This document shows, piece after piece, positions 14,850 to 28,400 of a stretch of DNA of 64,000 nucleotides. Position numbers and translations under genes: made by a program. The stretch is taken from the NCBI RefSeq assembly GCF_009914755.1, contig NC_060933.1; one strand, 5' to 3'. Each line of letters opens with the position of its first letter. Within the stretch, counting starts at the first letter, position 1. This DNA comes from the human T2T-CHM13v2.0 reference genome, Homo sapiens. The notes under the pieces were generated by a model. The model was not told the DNA's origin. It was given only the letters and a program-made list of their open reading frames with translations, and made no database searches.

Positions 14850-17800
14850 GTAAGGGAATTGAATAGAATCAATCTGAATGTAATGAAATGGAATGGAATG
14901 GAATGGAATGGAATCGAATGGAATGGAATGGAATGGAATCAACCCGAGTGCAATGGAATGGATTCGAATGGAATGGAATGGAGTGGAATGGATTCAACCC
15001 GAATGGAATGGAAAGGAATGGAATCAACCCGAGTGGAATCGCATGGAATGCAATGGAATGGAATGGAATGGAATGGAATGGAATGGAATGGAATGGAATG
15101 GAATCAAGTAGATTGCAATGGAATGGAATGGAATGGAATGGAACGGATTGGAATGGAATGGAATGGAATGGAATGGAATTAAATGGAATGGAATGGAATG
15201 GAAGAAACCCGAGTGCAGGGGAATGGAATGGAATGGAATGCAATGGAATGGAATGGAATGGAATGGAATGGAATGGAATGGAATCAACCCGAGTGGAATG
15301 GCATGGAATGGAATGCAATGGAATGGCATGGAATGGAATCAACTCGAGTGGAAAGGAATGGAATGGAATGGATTGGAATGGATTGCAATGGAATGAAATG
15401 CAATGGAATGGAATGGCATCAATCATTCCGAGTGGAATGGAAGGGAATGTAACGGAGTGGAAAGAAGGGAATGGAATCAACCCGAGTGGAATGCAAGGCA
15501 ATGGAATGGAATGGAAAGGAATGGAATGGAATCAACTCGATTGCAATGGAATGGAATGGAATGGAATGGAATGGAACTGAACGGAATGGAATGGAATGGA
15601 ATGGAATGGAATGGAATGGAATCAACTCGAATGCAGGGGAATGGAATGGAATGGAATGCAATGGAATGGAATCATCCGGAATGGAATGGAATGGAATGGA
15701 ATGGAATCAACTCGATTTCAATGGAATGGAATGGAATAGACTGGAATGGAATTAACACGAATAGAATGGAATGGAATGGAATGGAATGGAATTAACCCGA
15801 ATAGAATGGAATGGAATGGAATTGAACGGAATGTAACGGAATGGAATGGAATGGAATGGAATGGAATGGTATGGAATGGAATGGAATGGAATCATCTTGA
15901 TTGTAATGGAATGGAATGGAATGGAATGGAGTGCAATGGAATGGAATGGAATGGAATTAACCCGAATACAATGGAATGGAATGGAATGGAATGGAATGGA
16001 GTGGAATGGAATGGAATCAACCCGAGTGCACAGGAATGGAATGGAATGGAATGCAATGGAATGGAATCATCCGGAATGGAATGGAACGGAATGGAATGCA
16101 AAACAATTCAATGAACTCGATTGCAATGGAATGGAATGGAATGTATATGAATAGAATGGAATCAACCCGAGGGAATGGAATGGAAAGGACTGGAATGGAG
16201 TGCAATGGAATGGAACGGAATGGAATGGAATCAACTCGATTGGAATGGAGTGCAATGGAATTTGAATGGAATGGAATGGAATGGAATGGAATGGAATTTA
16301 CCCGAATAGAATGGAATGGATTGGAAAGGAATGGAACGGAATGGAATGGAATGGAATGGAATGGAATGGAATGGAATGGAATGGAATGGAATCAACCCGA
16401 CTGCACGGGAATGGAATGGATTGCAATGCAATGGAATGGAATCATCCGGAACGGAATGGAATGGAATGGAATGGAATCAACTCGATTGCAATGGAATGGA
16501 ATGGAATGGAATGGAATGGAATGGAATGGAGTGGAATGGAATGGAATTAACACGAATAGAATGGAATGGAATGGAATGGAAAGGAATGGAAGGCAATGGA
16601 ATGGAATGTAATCAACCCGAGTGCAGGGGAATGGAATGGAATTGAATGCAATGGAATGGAATCATCCGGAATGCAATGGAATGGAATGGAATGGAATGGA
16701 ATGGAATCAACTCGATTTCAATGGAATGGAATGTAATAGAATGGAATGGAATTAACACGAATAGAATGGAATGGAATGGAATGGAATGGAACGGAAAGGA
16801 ATGGAATGGAATGGAATGGAATCAACCCAAGTGCAGGGGAATGGAATGGAATGGAATTCAATGGAATGGAATCATCCGGAATGGAATGGAATGGAATGGA
16901 ATGGAACGGAATGGAACGGAATGAAACGGAATGGAATGGAATGGAATGGAATGGAATGGAATGGTATGGAATGGAATGGAATGGAATCAACTCGATTGTA
17001 ATGGAATGGAATGGAATGGAATGGAATGGAATGGAATGGAATGGAATGGAATTAACCCGAATACAATGGAATGGAATGGAATGGAACGGAATGGAGTGGA
17101 ATGGAATGGAATCAACCCGAGTGCAGGGGAATGGAATGGAATGGAATGCAATGGAATGGAATCATCCGGAATGGAATGGAATGGAATGGAATGCAAAACA
17201 ATGGAATCAACTCGATTGCAATGGAATGGAATGGAATGGAAATGAATAAAATGGAATCAACCCGAGTGGAATGGAATGGAAAGGACTGGAATGGAGTGGA
17301 ATGGAATGGAAAGGAATGGAATGGAATCAACTCGATTGGAATGGAGTGGAATGGAATTTGAATGGAATGGAATGGAATGGAGTTGACCCGAATAGAATGG
17401 AATGGAATGGAATGGAATGGAACGGAATGGAATGGAATGGAATGGAATGGAATGGAATGGAATGGAATGGAATCAACCCGACTGCACGGGAATGGAATGG
17501 AATGGAATGCAATGGAATGGAATCATCCGGAATGGAATAGAATGGAATGGAATGGAATGGAATGCAATGGAATGGAATCATCCGGAATGGAATAGAATGG
17601 AATGGAATGGAAAGGAATGGAAACATCCCGAATGGAATGGAATGTATTGGAGTGTAAGGGAATTGAATAGAATCAGTCTCAATGTAATGGAAGGGAATGG
17701 AATGAAATGGAATGGAATGGAATGCAATGGAATGGAATCAAACCGAGTGCAATGGAATGGATTCGAATGGAATGGAATGGAATGGAATGGATTCAACAAG

Positions 17801-20800
17801 AATGGAATGGAAAGGAATGGAATCAACCCGAGTGTAATGGCGTGGAATGGAATGGAATGGAATGGGATGGAATGGAATGGTACGGAATAGAATGGAATGG
17901 AATGAAATGGAATGGAATGGAATGGAATGGAATGGAATGGAATGGAATGGAATGGTATCAACTCGATTGCAATGGAATGGAATGGAATGGAAGGGAATAG
18001 AATGGAATCAACCCCACTGGAATGGAATGGAAAGGACTGGAATGGACTGGAATGGAATGGAATGGAATGGAATCAAATCGATTGGAATGCAATGGAATGG
18101 AATGGAATGCAGTCGAATCAACTAGATTGCAATGGAATGGAATGGAACGGAATGGAATGGAATGGAATGGAATGGAATAGAATTTACCCGAATAGAATGG
18201 AATGGAATGGAATGGAACGGAATGTAATGGAATGAAATGGAATGGAATCAACCCGAGTGCAGGGGAACGGAATGGAATGGAATGTCATGGAATGCAATCA
18301 TCCGGAATGGAATGGAATGGAATGGAATGGAGTGGAATGGAATGGAATGGAATCAACTCGATTGCAATGGAGTGGAATGGAATGGAAAGGAATGGAAGGG
18401 AATGGAATGGAATGTAATCAACCCGAGTGCAGGGGAATGGAATGGAATGGAATGCAATGGAATGGAATCATCCAGAATGGAATGGAATGGAATGGAATGG
18501 AATACAATCAACCCGATGCAATGGAATGGAGTGGAATGGAATGGAATGGAATGGAAACATCCCGAATGGAATGTAATGTAATGGAGTGTAAGGGAATTGA
18601 ATAGAATAAATCCGAATGTAATGGAATGGAATGGAATGAAATGGAATGGAATGGAATGGAATGGAATCAACCCGAGTGCAATGGAATGGATTCGAAAGGA
18701 ATGGAATGGAATGGAATGGATTCAACAGGAATGGAATGGAAAGGAATGGAATCAACCCGAGTGTAATGGCATGGAATGGAATGGAATGGAATGGAATGGG
18801 ATGGAATGGAATGGTACGGAATAGAATGGAATGGAATGAAATGGAATGGAATGGAATTTAATGGAATGGAATGGAATGAACCCGTGTGCAATGGAATGGA
18901 ATGGAATGGAATGGAATGTATGCAACTCGAATGGAATAAACTCGATTGCAATGGAATGGAATGGAATGGAAAGGAATAGAATGGAATCAACCCAAGTGGA
19001 ATGGAAAGGAAAGGACTGGAATGGAGTGGAATGGAATGGAATGGAATGGAATCAAATCGATTGGAATGGAATGGAAAGGAATGGAATGGAATGGAATGGA
19101 ATGGAATCAACTCGATTGGAATGGAATGGAATGGAATGGAATGGAATGGTATTAACCTGAATAGAATGGAATGGAATGGAATGGAACGGAATGTAATGGA
19201 ATGAAATGGAATGGAATCAATACGAGTGCAGGGGAATGGAATGGAATGGAATGCAATGGAATGCAATCATCCGGAATGGAATGGAATGGAATGGAATGGA
19301 ATGGAATGGAATGGAATGGAATGGAATGGAATCAACTCGATTGCAATGGAGTGGAATGGAATGGAAAGGAATGGAAGGGAATGGAATGGAATGTAATCAA
19401 CCCGAGTGCAGGGGAATGGAATGGAATGGAATGCAATGGAATGGAATCATCCGGAATGGAATGGATTGGAATGGAATGCAATCAACCCGATGCAATGGAA
19501 TGGAGTGGAATGGAATGGAATGGAATGGAATGGAAACATCCCGAATGGAATGGAATGTAATGGAGTGTAAGGGAATTGAATAGAATCAATCCGAATGTAA
19601 TGGAATGGAAAGGAATGAAATGGAATGGAATGGAATGGAATGGAATCAACCCGAGTGCAATGGAATGGATTCGAATGGAATGGAATGGAATGGAATGGAT
19701 TCAACAAGAATGGAATGCAAAGGAATGGAATCAACCCGAGTGTAATGGCATGGAATGGAATGGAATCGAATGCAATGGGATGGAATGGAATGGAATGGAA
19801 TGGAATGGGATGGAATGGAATGGTACGGAATAGAATGGAATGGAATGAAATGGAATGGAATGGAATTTATGGAATGGAATGGAATGAACCCGTGTGCAAT
19901 GTAATAGAATGAAATGGAATGGAATGGATTCAACTCGAATGGAATCAACTCGATTGCAATGGAATGGATTGGAATGGAAAGGAATAGAATGGAATCAACC
20001 AGAGTGGAATGGAATGCAAAGGACTGGAATGGAGTGGAATGGAATGGAATGGAATGGAATGGAATCAACTCGATTGGAATGGAATGGAATGGAATGGAAT
20101 GGAATTAACCAGAATAGAATGGAATGGAATGGAATGGAATGGAACCGAACGGAATGGAGTGGAATGGAATGGAATGGAATGGAATCAACCCGACTGCACG
20201 GGAATGGAATGGAATGGAATGCAATGGAATGGAATCATCCGGAACGGAATGGAATGGAATGGAATGGAATCAACTCGATTGCAATGGAATGGAATGAAAT
20301 GGAATGGAATGGAATGGAATGGAGTTGAATGGAATGGAATTAACCCGAATAGAATGGAATGGAATGGAATGGTAAGGAATGGAAGGGAATGGAATGGAAT
20401 GTAATCAACCCGAGTGCAGGGGAATGGAATGGAATTGAATGCAATGGAACGGAATCATACGGAATGGAATGGAATGGAATGGAATGGAATGGAATGGAAT
20501 GGAATGATCCCGATGCAATGGAATGGAATGGAATGGAATGGAATGGAATGGAATGGAAACATCCCGAATGGAATGGAATGTAATGGAGTGTAAGGCAATT
20601 GAATAGAACCAGTCCGAATGAAATGGAAGGGAATGGAATGAAATGGAATGGAATGGAATGGAATGGATCAAACCGAGTGCAATGGAATGGATTCGAATGG
20701 AATGGAATGGATTCGAATATAATGGAATGGAATGGAATGGATTCAACAAGAATGGAATGGAAAGGAATGGAATCAACCCGAGTGTAATGGCATGGAATGG

Positions 20801-22460
20801 AATGGAATGGAACGGGATGGAATGGAATGGTACGGAATAGAATGGAATGGAATGAAATGGAATGGAATGGAATGGAATGAACCCGTGTGCAATGGAATGG
20901 AATGGAATGGAATGGAATGGATTCAACTCGAAAGGAATCAACTCGATTGCAATGGAATGGTATGGAATGGAAAGGAATAGACTGGAATCAACCCGAGTGG
21001 AATGGAATGCAAAGGACTGGAATGGAGTGGAATGGAATGGAATGCAATGGAATCAAATCGACTGGAATGGAATGGAATGGAATGGAATGGAATGGAATCA
21101 ACTCGATTGCAATGGAATGGAATGGAATGGAATTTTAATGGAATGGAATGGAATTAACTCGAATAGAATGGAATGGAATAGAATGGAACGGAATGAAATG
21201 GAATGAAATGGAATGGAATCAACCCGAGTGCAGGGGAATGGAATGGAATGGAATGCAATGGAATGCAATCATCCGGAATGGAATGGAATGGAATGGAATG
21301 GAATGGAATGGAACGGAATCAACTCGATTGCAATGGAGTGGAATGGAATGGAAACGAATGGAAGGGAATGGAATGGAAACGAATGGAAGGGAATGGAATG
21401 GAATGTAATCAACCCGAGTGCAGGGGAATGGAATGGAATGGAATGCAATGGAATGGAATCATCCGGAATGGAATGGAATGGAATGGAATGCAATCAACCC
21501 AATGCAATGGAATGGAGTGGAATGGAATGGAATGGAATGGAATGGAAACTTCCCGAATGGAATGGAATGTAATGGAGTGTAAGGGAATTGAATAGAATCA
21601 ATCCGAATGTAATGGAATGGAATGGAATGAAATGGAATGGAGTGGAATGGAATGGAATCAACCCGAGTGCAATGGAATGGATTCGAATGGAATGGAATGG
21701 AATGGAATGGATTCAACAAGAATGGAATGGAAAGGAGTGGAATCAACCCGAGTGTAATGGCATGGAATGGAATGGAATGGAATGGAATGGGATGGAATGG
21801 AATGGTACGGAATAGAATGGAATGGAATGGAATGGAATGAAATGGAGTGGAATGGAATTTAATGGAATGGAATGGAATGAACCTGTGTGCAATGTAATGG
21901 AATGGAATGGAATGGAATGGATTCAACTCGAATGGAATCAACCCGATTGCAATGGAATGGAATGGAATGGAAAGGAATAGAAAGGAATCAACCCGAGTGG
22001 AATGGAATGGAAAAGACTGGAATGGAGTGGAATGGAACGGAATGGAATTAACCCGAATAGAATGCAATGGAACGGAATGGAACGGAATGGAATGGAATGG
22101 AATGGAATGGATTCAACCCGAGTGCAGGGGAATGGAATGGAATGGAATGCAATGGAATGGAATCATCCGGAATGGAATGGAATTGAATGGAATGGAATGG
22201 AATCAACTCGATTTCAATGGAATGGAATGGAATAGAATGGAATGGAATTAACACGAATAGAATGGAATGGAATTGAATGGAATGGATTGGAACGGAAAGG
22301 AATGGAATGGAATGGAATGGAATCAACCCAAGTGCAGGGGAATGGAATGGAATGGAATTCAATGGAATGGAATCATCCGGAATGGAATGGAATGGAATGG
22401 AATGGAATGGAATGGAATGGAATCAACCCGAGTGCAATGGAATGGAGAAGAATGGAATGG
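14850..22460 (+). repeat. HSat3 domain B: distinct variant set
   Basis: Words essentially confined to this stretch: GGATTCGAA, GGATTCAACAAGAAT, GAAACATCCCG, GAACCCGTGTGC, CGACTGCACGGG, TAACACGAATAG. No GAGAGTAAGG between ~14161 and ~23788, and no CTTCC between 14041 and 25649. Confidence 0.85.
15620..17600 (+). repeat. Diverged tandem duplication, two copies of ~1.0-1.1 kb
   Basis: Paired markers: CTCGATTTCAAT 15711/16711; TGCAAAACAA ~16097/~17192; +1 insertion GGAATTTGAAT ~16257/~17353; CGACTGCACGGG ~16398/~17479. ORF-track pair 15892..16101 and 16987..17196 (offset 1095). Confidence 0.75.
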
Positions 22461-22470
22461 AATGGAATGG
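17620..22470 (+). repeat. ~1-kb higher-order unit, five diverged tandem copies
   Basis: GAGTGTAAGG starts at 17650, 18584, 19563, 20586, 21575 and 22500 (intervals 934, 979, 1023, 989, 925). Each unit carries GAAAC(A/T)TCCCG, GGATTCGAA, GGATTCAACA(A/G)G, GAGTGTAATGGC and GGGATGG in the same order. Confidence 0.85.
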
Positions 22471-25400
22471 AAACTACCCGAATGGAATGGAATGTAATGG
22501 AGTGTAAGGGAATTGAATAGAATCAATCCGAAAGTAATGGAATGGAACGGAACGGAATGGAATGCAATGGAATGGAATCAACCCGAGTGCAATCGAATGG
22601 AATCGAATGGAATGGAATGCAATGGAATGGATTCAACTTGAATGGAATGGAAAGAATGGAATCAACAGGAGTGGAATGGCATGGAATGGAATGGAATGGA
22701 ATGAAATCAAACCGATAACAGGGGAATGGAATGGAATGGAATGCCATGGAATGGAATCATCCGTAATGTAATGGAAAGCAATGGAATGGAATGGAATGGA
22801 ATGGAATGGAATGGAATGGAATCAACTCGATTGCAATCGAATGGAATGGAATGGAATTAACCCGAATAGAATGGAATGGAATGCAACGGAACGGAACGGA
22901 ACGGAATGGAATGGAATGGAATGGAACGGAACGGAACGGAATGGAATGGAATGCAATGGAATGGAATCAACGCGAGTGCAGGGGAATGGAATGGAATGGA
23001 TTGCCATGGAATGGAATCAACCGGAATGGAATGGAATGGAATGGAATGGAATGGAATGGAATGGAATCGTTCCGAGTGGAATAGGAGAGAATGTATTCGA
23101 GTGGAATGGAAAGGAATGGAATCAACCAGAGTGGAATGGAAGGGAATGGAATGGAATGGAAACTAATAGAATGGAATCAACCCGAGTGGAATGGAATGGA
23201 AAGGACTGGAATGGAATGGAATGGAATGGAATGGAATGGAATCAACTCGATTGTAATGGAATGGAATGGAATGGAATGGAATGGAATGGAATGGAATGGA
23301 ATTAACCCGAATACAATGGATTGGAATGGAATGGAATGCAATGGAATGGAATCATCCGTAATGGAATGGAAAGGAATGGAATGGAATGGAACGGAATGGA
23401 ATGGAATGGAATGGAATGGAATCAACTCGATTGCATTCGAATGGAATGGAATGGAATTAACCCGAATAGAATGGAATGGAATGGAATGGAACGGAACGGA
23501 ACGGAACGGAATGGAATGGAATGGAACGGAAAGGAATGGAATGGAACGGAATGGAATGGAATGGAATGGAACGGAACGGAATGGAATGGAATGGAATGGA
23601 ATTGAATGGAATGGAATGGAATCAACCCAACTGCAGGGGAATGGAATGGAATGCAATGCAATGGAATGGAATCATGCGGAACGGAATGCAATGGAATGGA
23701 ATGGAATCAACACGAGTGCAATGGAATGGAGTGGAATGGAATGGAATGGAATGGAATGGAACTACCAGAATGGAATGGAATGTAATGGAGAGTAAGGGAG
23801 TTGAATAGAATCAATCCGAATGTAATGGAAAGGAATGGAAAGGAATGGAATGGAATGGAATGGAATGCAATGGAATGGAATCAAACCGAGTACAATGGAT
23901 TGGAATGGAATGGAATGGAATGGAATGGAATCAACACGAGTGCAATGGAATGGAGTGGAATGGAATGGAATGGAATGGAACAACGCGAATGGAATGGAAT
24001 GTAATGGAGAGTAAGGGAGTTGAATAGAAACAATCCGAATGTAATGGAATGGAACGGAATGGAATGGAATGGAATGGAATGGAATGGAATTAACCCGAGT
24101 ACAGGGGAATGGAATGGAATGGAATGCAATGGAATGGAATCATCCGTAATGAAATGGAAATGAATGGAATGGAATGGAATGGAATGGAATGGAATGGAAT
24201 GGAATCAACTCGATTGCAATGGAATGGAATGGAATGGAATTAACCCGAATAGAATGGAATGGAATGGAATGGAACGGAACGGAACGGAATGCAATGGAAT
24301 GGAATGGAATGGAACGGAAAGGAATGGAATGGAATGGAATGGAATGGAATGGAATGGAATGGAATGGAATGGAATCAACGCGAGTGCAGGGGAATGGAAT
24401 GGAATCGAATGGAATGGAATAGAATGGAATGGAATCAACCCGAGTGCAGGGGAATGAAATGGAACGGAATGCAATGGAATGGAATCATCCGGAATGGAAT
24501 GGAATGGAATGGAATCAACCGAGTGCAATGGAATGGAGTGGAATGGAATGGAATGGAATGGAACAACCCGAATGGAATGGAATGTAATGGAGAGTAAGGG
24601 AGTTGAAAAGAATCAATCCGAAAGTAATGGAATGGAATGGAATGGAATGGAATGGAATGGAATGGAATGGAATGGAATGGAATCAACCCGAGTGCAATGG
24701 AATGGAGAGGAATGGAATGGAATGGAATGGAAACTACCCGAATGGAATGGAATGTAATAGAGTGTAAGGGAATTGAATAGAATCAATCCGAATGTAATGA
24801 AATGGAATGGAACGGAATGGAATGGAATGGAATGTAATGGAATGGAATGGAATGCAATGGAATGGAATAAACCCGAGTGCAATGGAATGGAATCGAATGG
24901 AATGGAATGCAATGGAATGGATTCAACTTGAATGGAATGGAATTGAATGGAATCAACCCGAGTACAGGGGAATGGAATGGAATGGAATGGAATGGAATGG
25001 AATGGAATGGAATGGAATCATCCGTAATGGAATGGAAAGGAATGGAATGGAATGGAATGGAATGGAATGGAATGGAATGGAATGGAATGGAATGGAATCA
25101 ACTCGGTTCCAATCGAATGGAATGGAATGGAAATAACCCAAATAGAATGGAATGGAATGGAATGGAACGGAACGGAACGGAACGGAACGGAATGGAATGG
25201 AATGGAATGGAATGGAATGGAATGGAACGGAAAGGAATGGAATGGAATGGAATGGAATGTAATGGAATGGAATGGAATGCAATGGAATGGAATGGAATGG
25301 AATGGAATGAAATGCAATGGATTCAACTCGATTGAAATGGAATGGAATAGAATGGAATGGAATGGAATGGAATGGAATGGAATTAACCCGAATAGAATGG

Positions 25401-28400
25401 AATGGAATGGAATGGAATGGAACGGAATGGAACGGAATGGAATGGAATGGAATGGAATGGAATGGAATGGTATGGAATGGAATGGAATGGTACGGAATAG
25501 AATGGAATGGAAGGAATTGTAATGGAATGGAATGGAATGGAATGGAATGGAACGGAACGGAATGGAATGGAATGGAATGGATTGGAACTGAAAAGAATAA
25601 AAGCGAGTGCAGGGGAATGGAATGGAATGGAATGCAATGGAATGGAATCTTCCGGAATGGAATGGAATGGAATGGAATGGAATGGAATGGAATGCAATGG
25701 ATTCAACTCGATTGCAATGGAATGGAATAGAATGGAATGGAATGGAATGGAATGGAATGGAATTAACCCGAATAGAATGGAATGGAATGGAATGGAAAGG
25801 AACGGAACGGAACGGAACGGAATGGAATGGAATGGAATGGAATGGAATGGAATGGAATGGAGTTGTATGGAATGGAATGGAATGGTACGGAATAGAATGG
25901 AATGGAAAGAATTGGAATGGAATGGAAACGAATGGAATGGAATGGAATGGAATGGAATCAACACGAGTGTAGGGGAATGTAATGGAACGGAATGCAATGG
26001 AATGGAATCATCCGGAATGGAATGGAATGGATTGGAATGGATGGAATGGAATGGAATGGAATGGAATGGAATCAACCCGAGTGCAATGGAATGGAGTGGA
26101 ATGGAATGGAATGGAATGGAACAACCCGAATGGAATGGAATGTAATGGAGAGTAAGGGAGTTGAATAGAAACAATCCGAATGTAATGGAATGGAACGGAA
26201 TGGAATGGAATGGAATGGAATGGAATGCAATGGAATGGAATGCAAAGGAATGGAATCAACCCGAGTTCAATCGAATGGAATCGAATGGAATGGAATGCAA
26301 TGGAATGGATTCAACTTGAATGGAATGGAAAGAATGGAATCAACACGAGTGGAATGGCATGGATTGGAATGGAATGGAATGGAATCAACCCAAGTACAGG
26401 GGAATGGAATGGAATGGAATGCAATGGAATGGAATAATCCGTAATGGAATGGAAAGGAATGATATGGAATGGAATGGAATGGAATGGAATCAACTCGATT
26501 GCAATCGAATGGAATGGAATGGAATTAACCCGAATAGAATGGAATGGAATGGAATGGAACGGAACGGAATGGAATGGAATGGAATGGAATGGAACGGAAC
26601 GGAAAGTAATGGAATGGAATGGAATGGAATGGAATGGAATGGAATGGAATGGAATCAACACGAGTGCACGGGAATGGAATGGAGTGGAATGGAATGGAAT
26701 GGAATGGAATGGAATGGAATGGAATGGAATCAACCCGTGTCCAGGGGAATGTAATGGAACGGAATGCAAGGGAATGGAATCATCCGGAAAGGAATGGAAT
26801 GGAATGGAATGGAATGAACCCGAGTGCAATGGAATGGAGTGGAATGGAATGGAATGGAATGGAACAACCCACATGGAATGGAAAGTAATGGAGAGTAAGG
26901 GAGTTGAAAAGAATCAATCCGAAGGGAATGGAATGGAATGGAACGGAATGGAATGGAATGGAATGGAATGGAATGGAATGGAATGGAATCAACCCGAGTA
27001 CAATGGAATGGAAGGGAATGGAATGGAATGGAATGGAATGGAATGGAATCAACCCGAGTGTAATGGAATGGAGAGGAATGGAATGGAATGGAATGGAAAC
27101 TACCCGAATGGAATGGAATGGAATGGAGTGTAAGGGAATTGAATAAAATCAATCCGAATGTAATGGAATGCAATGGAATGCAATGGAATGGAATCAACCC
27201 GAGTGCAATGGAATGGAATCGAATGGAATGGAATGCAATGGAATGGATTCAATTTGAATGGAATGGAAAGAATGGAATCAACACGAGTGGAATGGAATGG
27301 ATTGGAATGGAATGGAATGGAAGCAACCCGAGTACAGGGGAATGGAATGGAATGGAATGCAATGGAATGGAATCATCCGTAATGGAATGGAAAGGAATGA
27401 AATGGAATGGAATGGAATCAACTCGATTGCAATCGAATGGAATGGAATGGAATTAACCCAAATAGAATGGAATGGAATGGAATGGAACGGAACGGAACGG
27501 AATGGAATGGAATGGAATGGAATGGAATGGAACGGAAAGTAATGGAATGGAATGGAATGGAATGGAATGGAATGGAATCAACGCGAGTGCAGGGGAATGG
27601 AATGGAATCGAATGGAATGGAATGGAATGGAATGGAATGGAATCAACCCGAGTGCAGGGGAATGTAATGGAACGGAATGCAATGGAATGGAATCATCCGG
27701 AATGGAATGGAATGGAATGGAATGGAATCAACCCGAGTGCAATGGAATGGAGTGGAATGGAATGGAATGAAATGGAACAACCCGAATGGACTGGAATGTA
27801 ATGGAAAGTAAGGGAGTTGAAAAGAATCAATCCGAAAGTTATGGAATGCAATGGAACGGAATGGAATGGAATGGAATGGAATGGAATGGAATGGAATGGA
27901 ATGGAATCAACCCGAGTGCAATGGAATGGAGAGGAATGGAATGGAATGGAATGGAAACTACCCTAATGGAATGGAATGTGATGGAGTGTAAGGGAATTGA
28001 ATAGAATCAATCCGAATGTAATGGAATGGAATGGAACGGAATGGAATGGAATGGAATGGAATGGAATGGAATGGAATGGAATGCAATGGAATGGAATAAA
28101 CCCGAGTCAATGGAATGGAATCGAATGGAATGGAATGCAATGGAATGGATTCAACTTGAATGGAATGGAAAGAATGGAATCAACACGAGTGGAAGGGCAT
28201 GGAATGGAATGGAATGGAATGGAAGCAACCCGAGTACAGGGGAATGGAAAGGAATGGAATGCAATGGAATGGAATCATTCGTAATGTAATGGAACAGAAT
28301 GGAATGGAATGGAATGGAATGGAATAGAATGGAATGGAATGGAATGGAATGGAATCAACTCGATTGCATTCGAATGGAATGGAATGGAATTAACCCGAAT

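Larger units (their letters stand above)
1..14850 (+). repeat. HSat3 domain A1 (main word set, loose ~5.8-kb recurrence)
   Basis: Uses GAGAGTAAGGGAGTTG and GAGTGTAAGGGAATTG words, CTTCC, and the CGTTCCGAGT...TAGGAGGG module. The GCCTTCAAA(T/C)CG word is seen only here (~2283, ~5160, ~10906). Markers recur at ~5.8-kb offsets (795/6688/12507; 4759/10557; 7152/12982). Confidence 0.6.
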
